Below are positions 59,413 to 60,689 of a DNA stretch of 60,689 bases, in pieces. Origin of the DNA: Ignavibacteriota bacterium (lineage in GTDB: Bacteria; Bacteroidota; Ignavibacteria; UBA10030); assembly GCA_003142575.1 (NCBI GenBank), contig PLMS01000051.1:560-61248 (forward strand), given 5' to 3'. The notes beneath the pieces were generated by a model. It was not told the DNA's origin. It searched no databases and saw only the letters and a list, made by a program, of their open reading frames with translations. A program made the position numbers and the translations under genes. Position 1 is the first letter of the stretch; the number at the start of each line of letters is the position of its first letter.

Positions 59413-60689
59413 CTATTTCTTAACCATTTCTACTTTAGCTTTATCTTCTATGAATGCAAATATCTTTGCGTTCAAAATCTCGCTTTTTACATCATCCACC
59501 ATTTTTTCCGATTGCAAAGATTCCTTCAACGAATCGTAATCCTGTCCTCGCAATTGTGCCAGTTCTCTTATCTTATCTTCAATTTCCTGGTCAGATACGG
59601 TAATGGCTTCCTTCTCGCCTATATTTTTCAGGAGAAGGATAGTTTTTACTATCTTCGAGGCTTCGTCCTTGTAAAGGTCATAGAGTTCCTTGTATCGCTC
59701 TGGCGTCGCATCACGCTTCATACCACGCTTTGCCAGTCTTTTTTGCGTATCATCAATCATATATGCGACCTGACGATTTACGAATGCCTGTGGCACCTCA
59801 AACTGATTGCTCTCGAGCAGTTTGTCTATTATGAGACTCTTGAAGGCCGAATTCTCTCTGCCGATTCTTTCTTCATCAAGTGTCTTCCTGATATCCTTCT
59901 TCAAATCGTCCAAGCTTTCATACTTGTCAAAATTATTAATGAACTTATCATCTATTTCAGGAAGTTTCTTCTCTTTAATGTTCTTCAATGTTACTGAAAA
60001 TACGATTTCTTCCCCCGCTAAGTTTTTCGCATGATAATCATCGGGTAACTTGATAGTTATTTGTGCCGTCTTGTTCTTTGTCAAACCGATGAGCTGATCC
60101 TCGAACCCAGGCATAAATCTTTTGGATCCGACTTCCAGCAGGTAATTTTCCGCCTTCATCTCCTTGACGGGCTTACCTTGCACAAAACCCTCAAAATCAA
60201 TAACTACAAAATCGCCCTCCGATACCCCCCTATCAACATCTACCTCTTCCATTGTGCTGAACATATCGCGGATTTCGTCAAGTCTTGCATCAACATCAGA
60301 ATCCTTAACTTCGCTATTCTCTTTCTCAAGCTCGAGACCAATATACCCCGCGGGGTCGATGACCGGCTCCACTTCCACGATAGCGGTAAAAGTAAAGTTC
60401 TTCTCTGTTTCTATACCCTTCTGATCTATGTCCGGTTGCGAAATAGCGTTTATTTTATTTTCCTTTAAAGCTTCCCAGTAATATCGATTTACCAGATTCG
60501 ATACGGTCTCTTCTTCTGCGTGCTCTTTGTACAGGGACTCGAGCATATCCCTCGGCACTTTCCCCTGCCGAAAGCCCTTAATCTTGGCTTTCTTGGCCAC
60601 GTCTTTGTAGACTGTGTCTAATTCCTTCTTGACCTCTAACCATGAAATATCAAACAGTATTTTCTTTTTTATCGGACTGACGTCTTCGA
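59413..60689 (-). CDS. tig: Trigger factor, 5' end outside window
   Basis: GFRQGKVP ribosome-binding motif, FKBP-like domain (IDFEG, F.PGFEDQLIG); frame stays open to the window edge. Confidence 0.95.
   Translation of the reverse strand, partial: EDVSPIKKKILFDISWLEVKKELDTVYKDVAKKAKIKGFRQGKVPRDMLESLYKEHAEEETVSNLVNRYYWEALKENKINAISQPDIDQKGIETEKNFTFTAIVEVEPVIDPAGYIGLELEKENSEVKDSDVDARLDEIRDMFSTMEEVDVDRGVSEGDFVVIDFEGFVQGKPVKEMKAENYLLEVGSKRFMPGFEDQLIGLTKNKTAQITIKLPDDYHAKNLAGEEIVFSVTLKNIKEKKLPEIDDKFINNFDKYESLDDLKKDIRKTLDEERIGRENSAFKSLIIDKLLESNQFEVPQAFVNRQVAYMIDDTQKRLAKRGMKRDATPERYKELYDLYKDEASKIVKTILLLKNIGEKEAITVSDQEIEDKIRELAQLRGQDYDSLKESLQSEKMVDDVKSEILNAKIFAFIEDKAKVEMVKK

Noticed and set aside
1-60689. 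Long antisense or overlapping ORFs in the track (e.g. 38102-38779, 47256-47876, 59329-59997) and CRISPR arrays
   Set aside because: The ORFs are shadows of well-supported genes with no motifs; no regularly spaced 25-45 bp repeats were seen.

Overview
Bacterial chromosomal window, mostly housekeeping and metabolic genes. Gene content (PorV/PorQ-type barrel, DUF2851, type III glutamine synthetase, HYC_CC_PP/HMA/TonB-receptor cluster, miaB-SPOR-sigma54 activator-lptE) suggests an Ignavibacteria/Bacteroidota-Chlorobi host; this is inference, no search was run. It holds about 50 intact CDS, one tRNA-Val(TAC), three pseudogenes and several intrinsic terminators. I found no CRISPR array, integrase, transposase or rRNA. 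I cannot support a complete, clearly new multi-gene system. The best leads are: (1) a four-helix-bundle (23S-IVS/Avd-like) gene bracketed by inverted 7-bp repeat arms inside an ABC efflux operon, with an apparently empty copy of the arms at the end of lon; (2) an A10 slippage site in dnaX with immediate stops in both alternative frames; (3) a codon and sequence-style switch inside lon, suggesting the last ~4.6 kb (tig-clpP-clpX-5' lon) comes from a different, Deltaproteobacteria-like genome (chimeric assembly or recombination); (4) an orphan cI/cro-like switch whose cro gene is missing from the ORF track; (5) Cys-rich sensing and metal-uptake modules.
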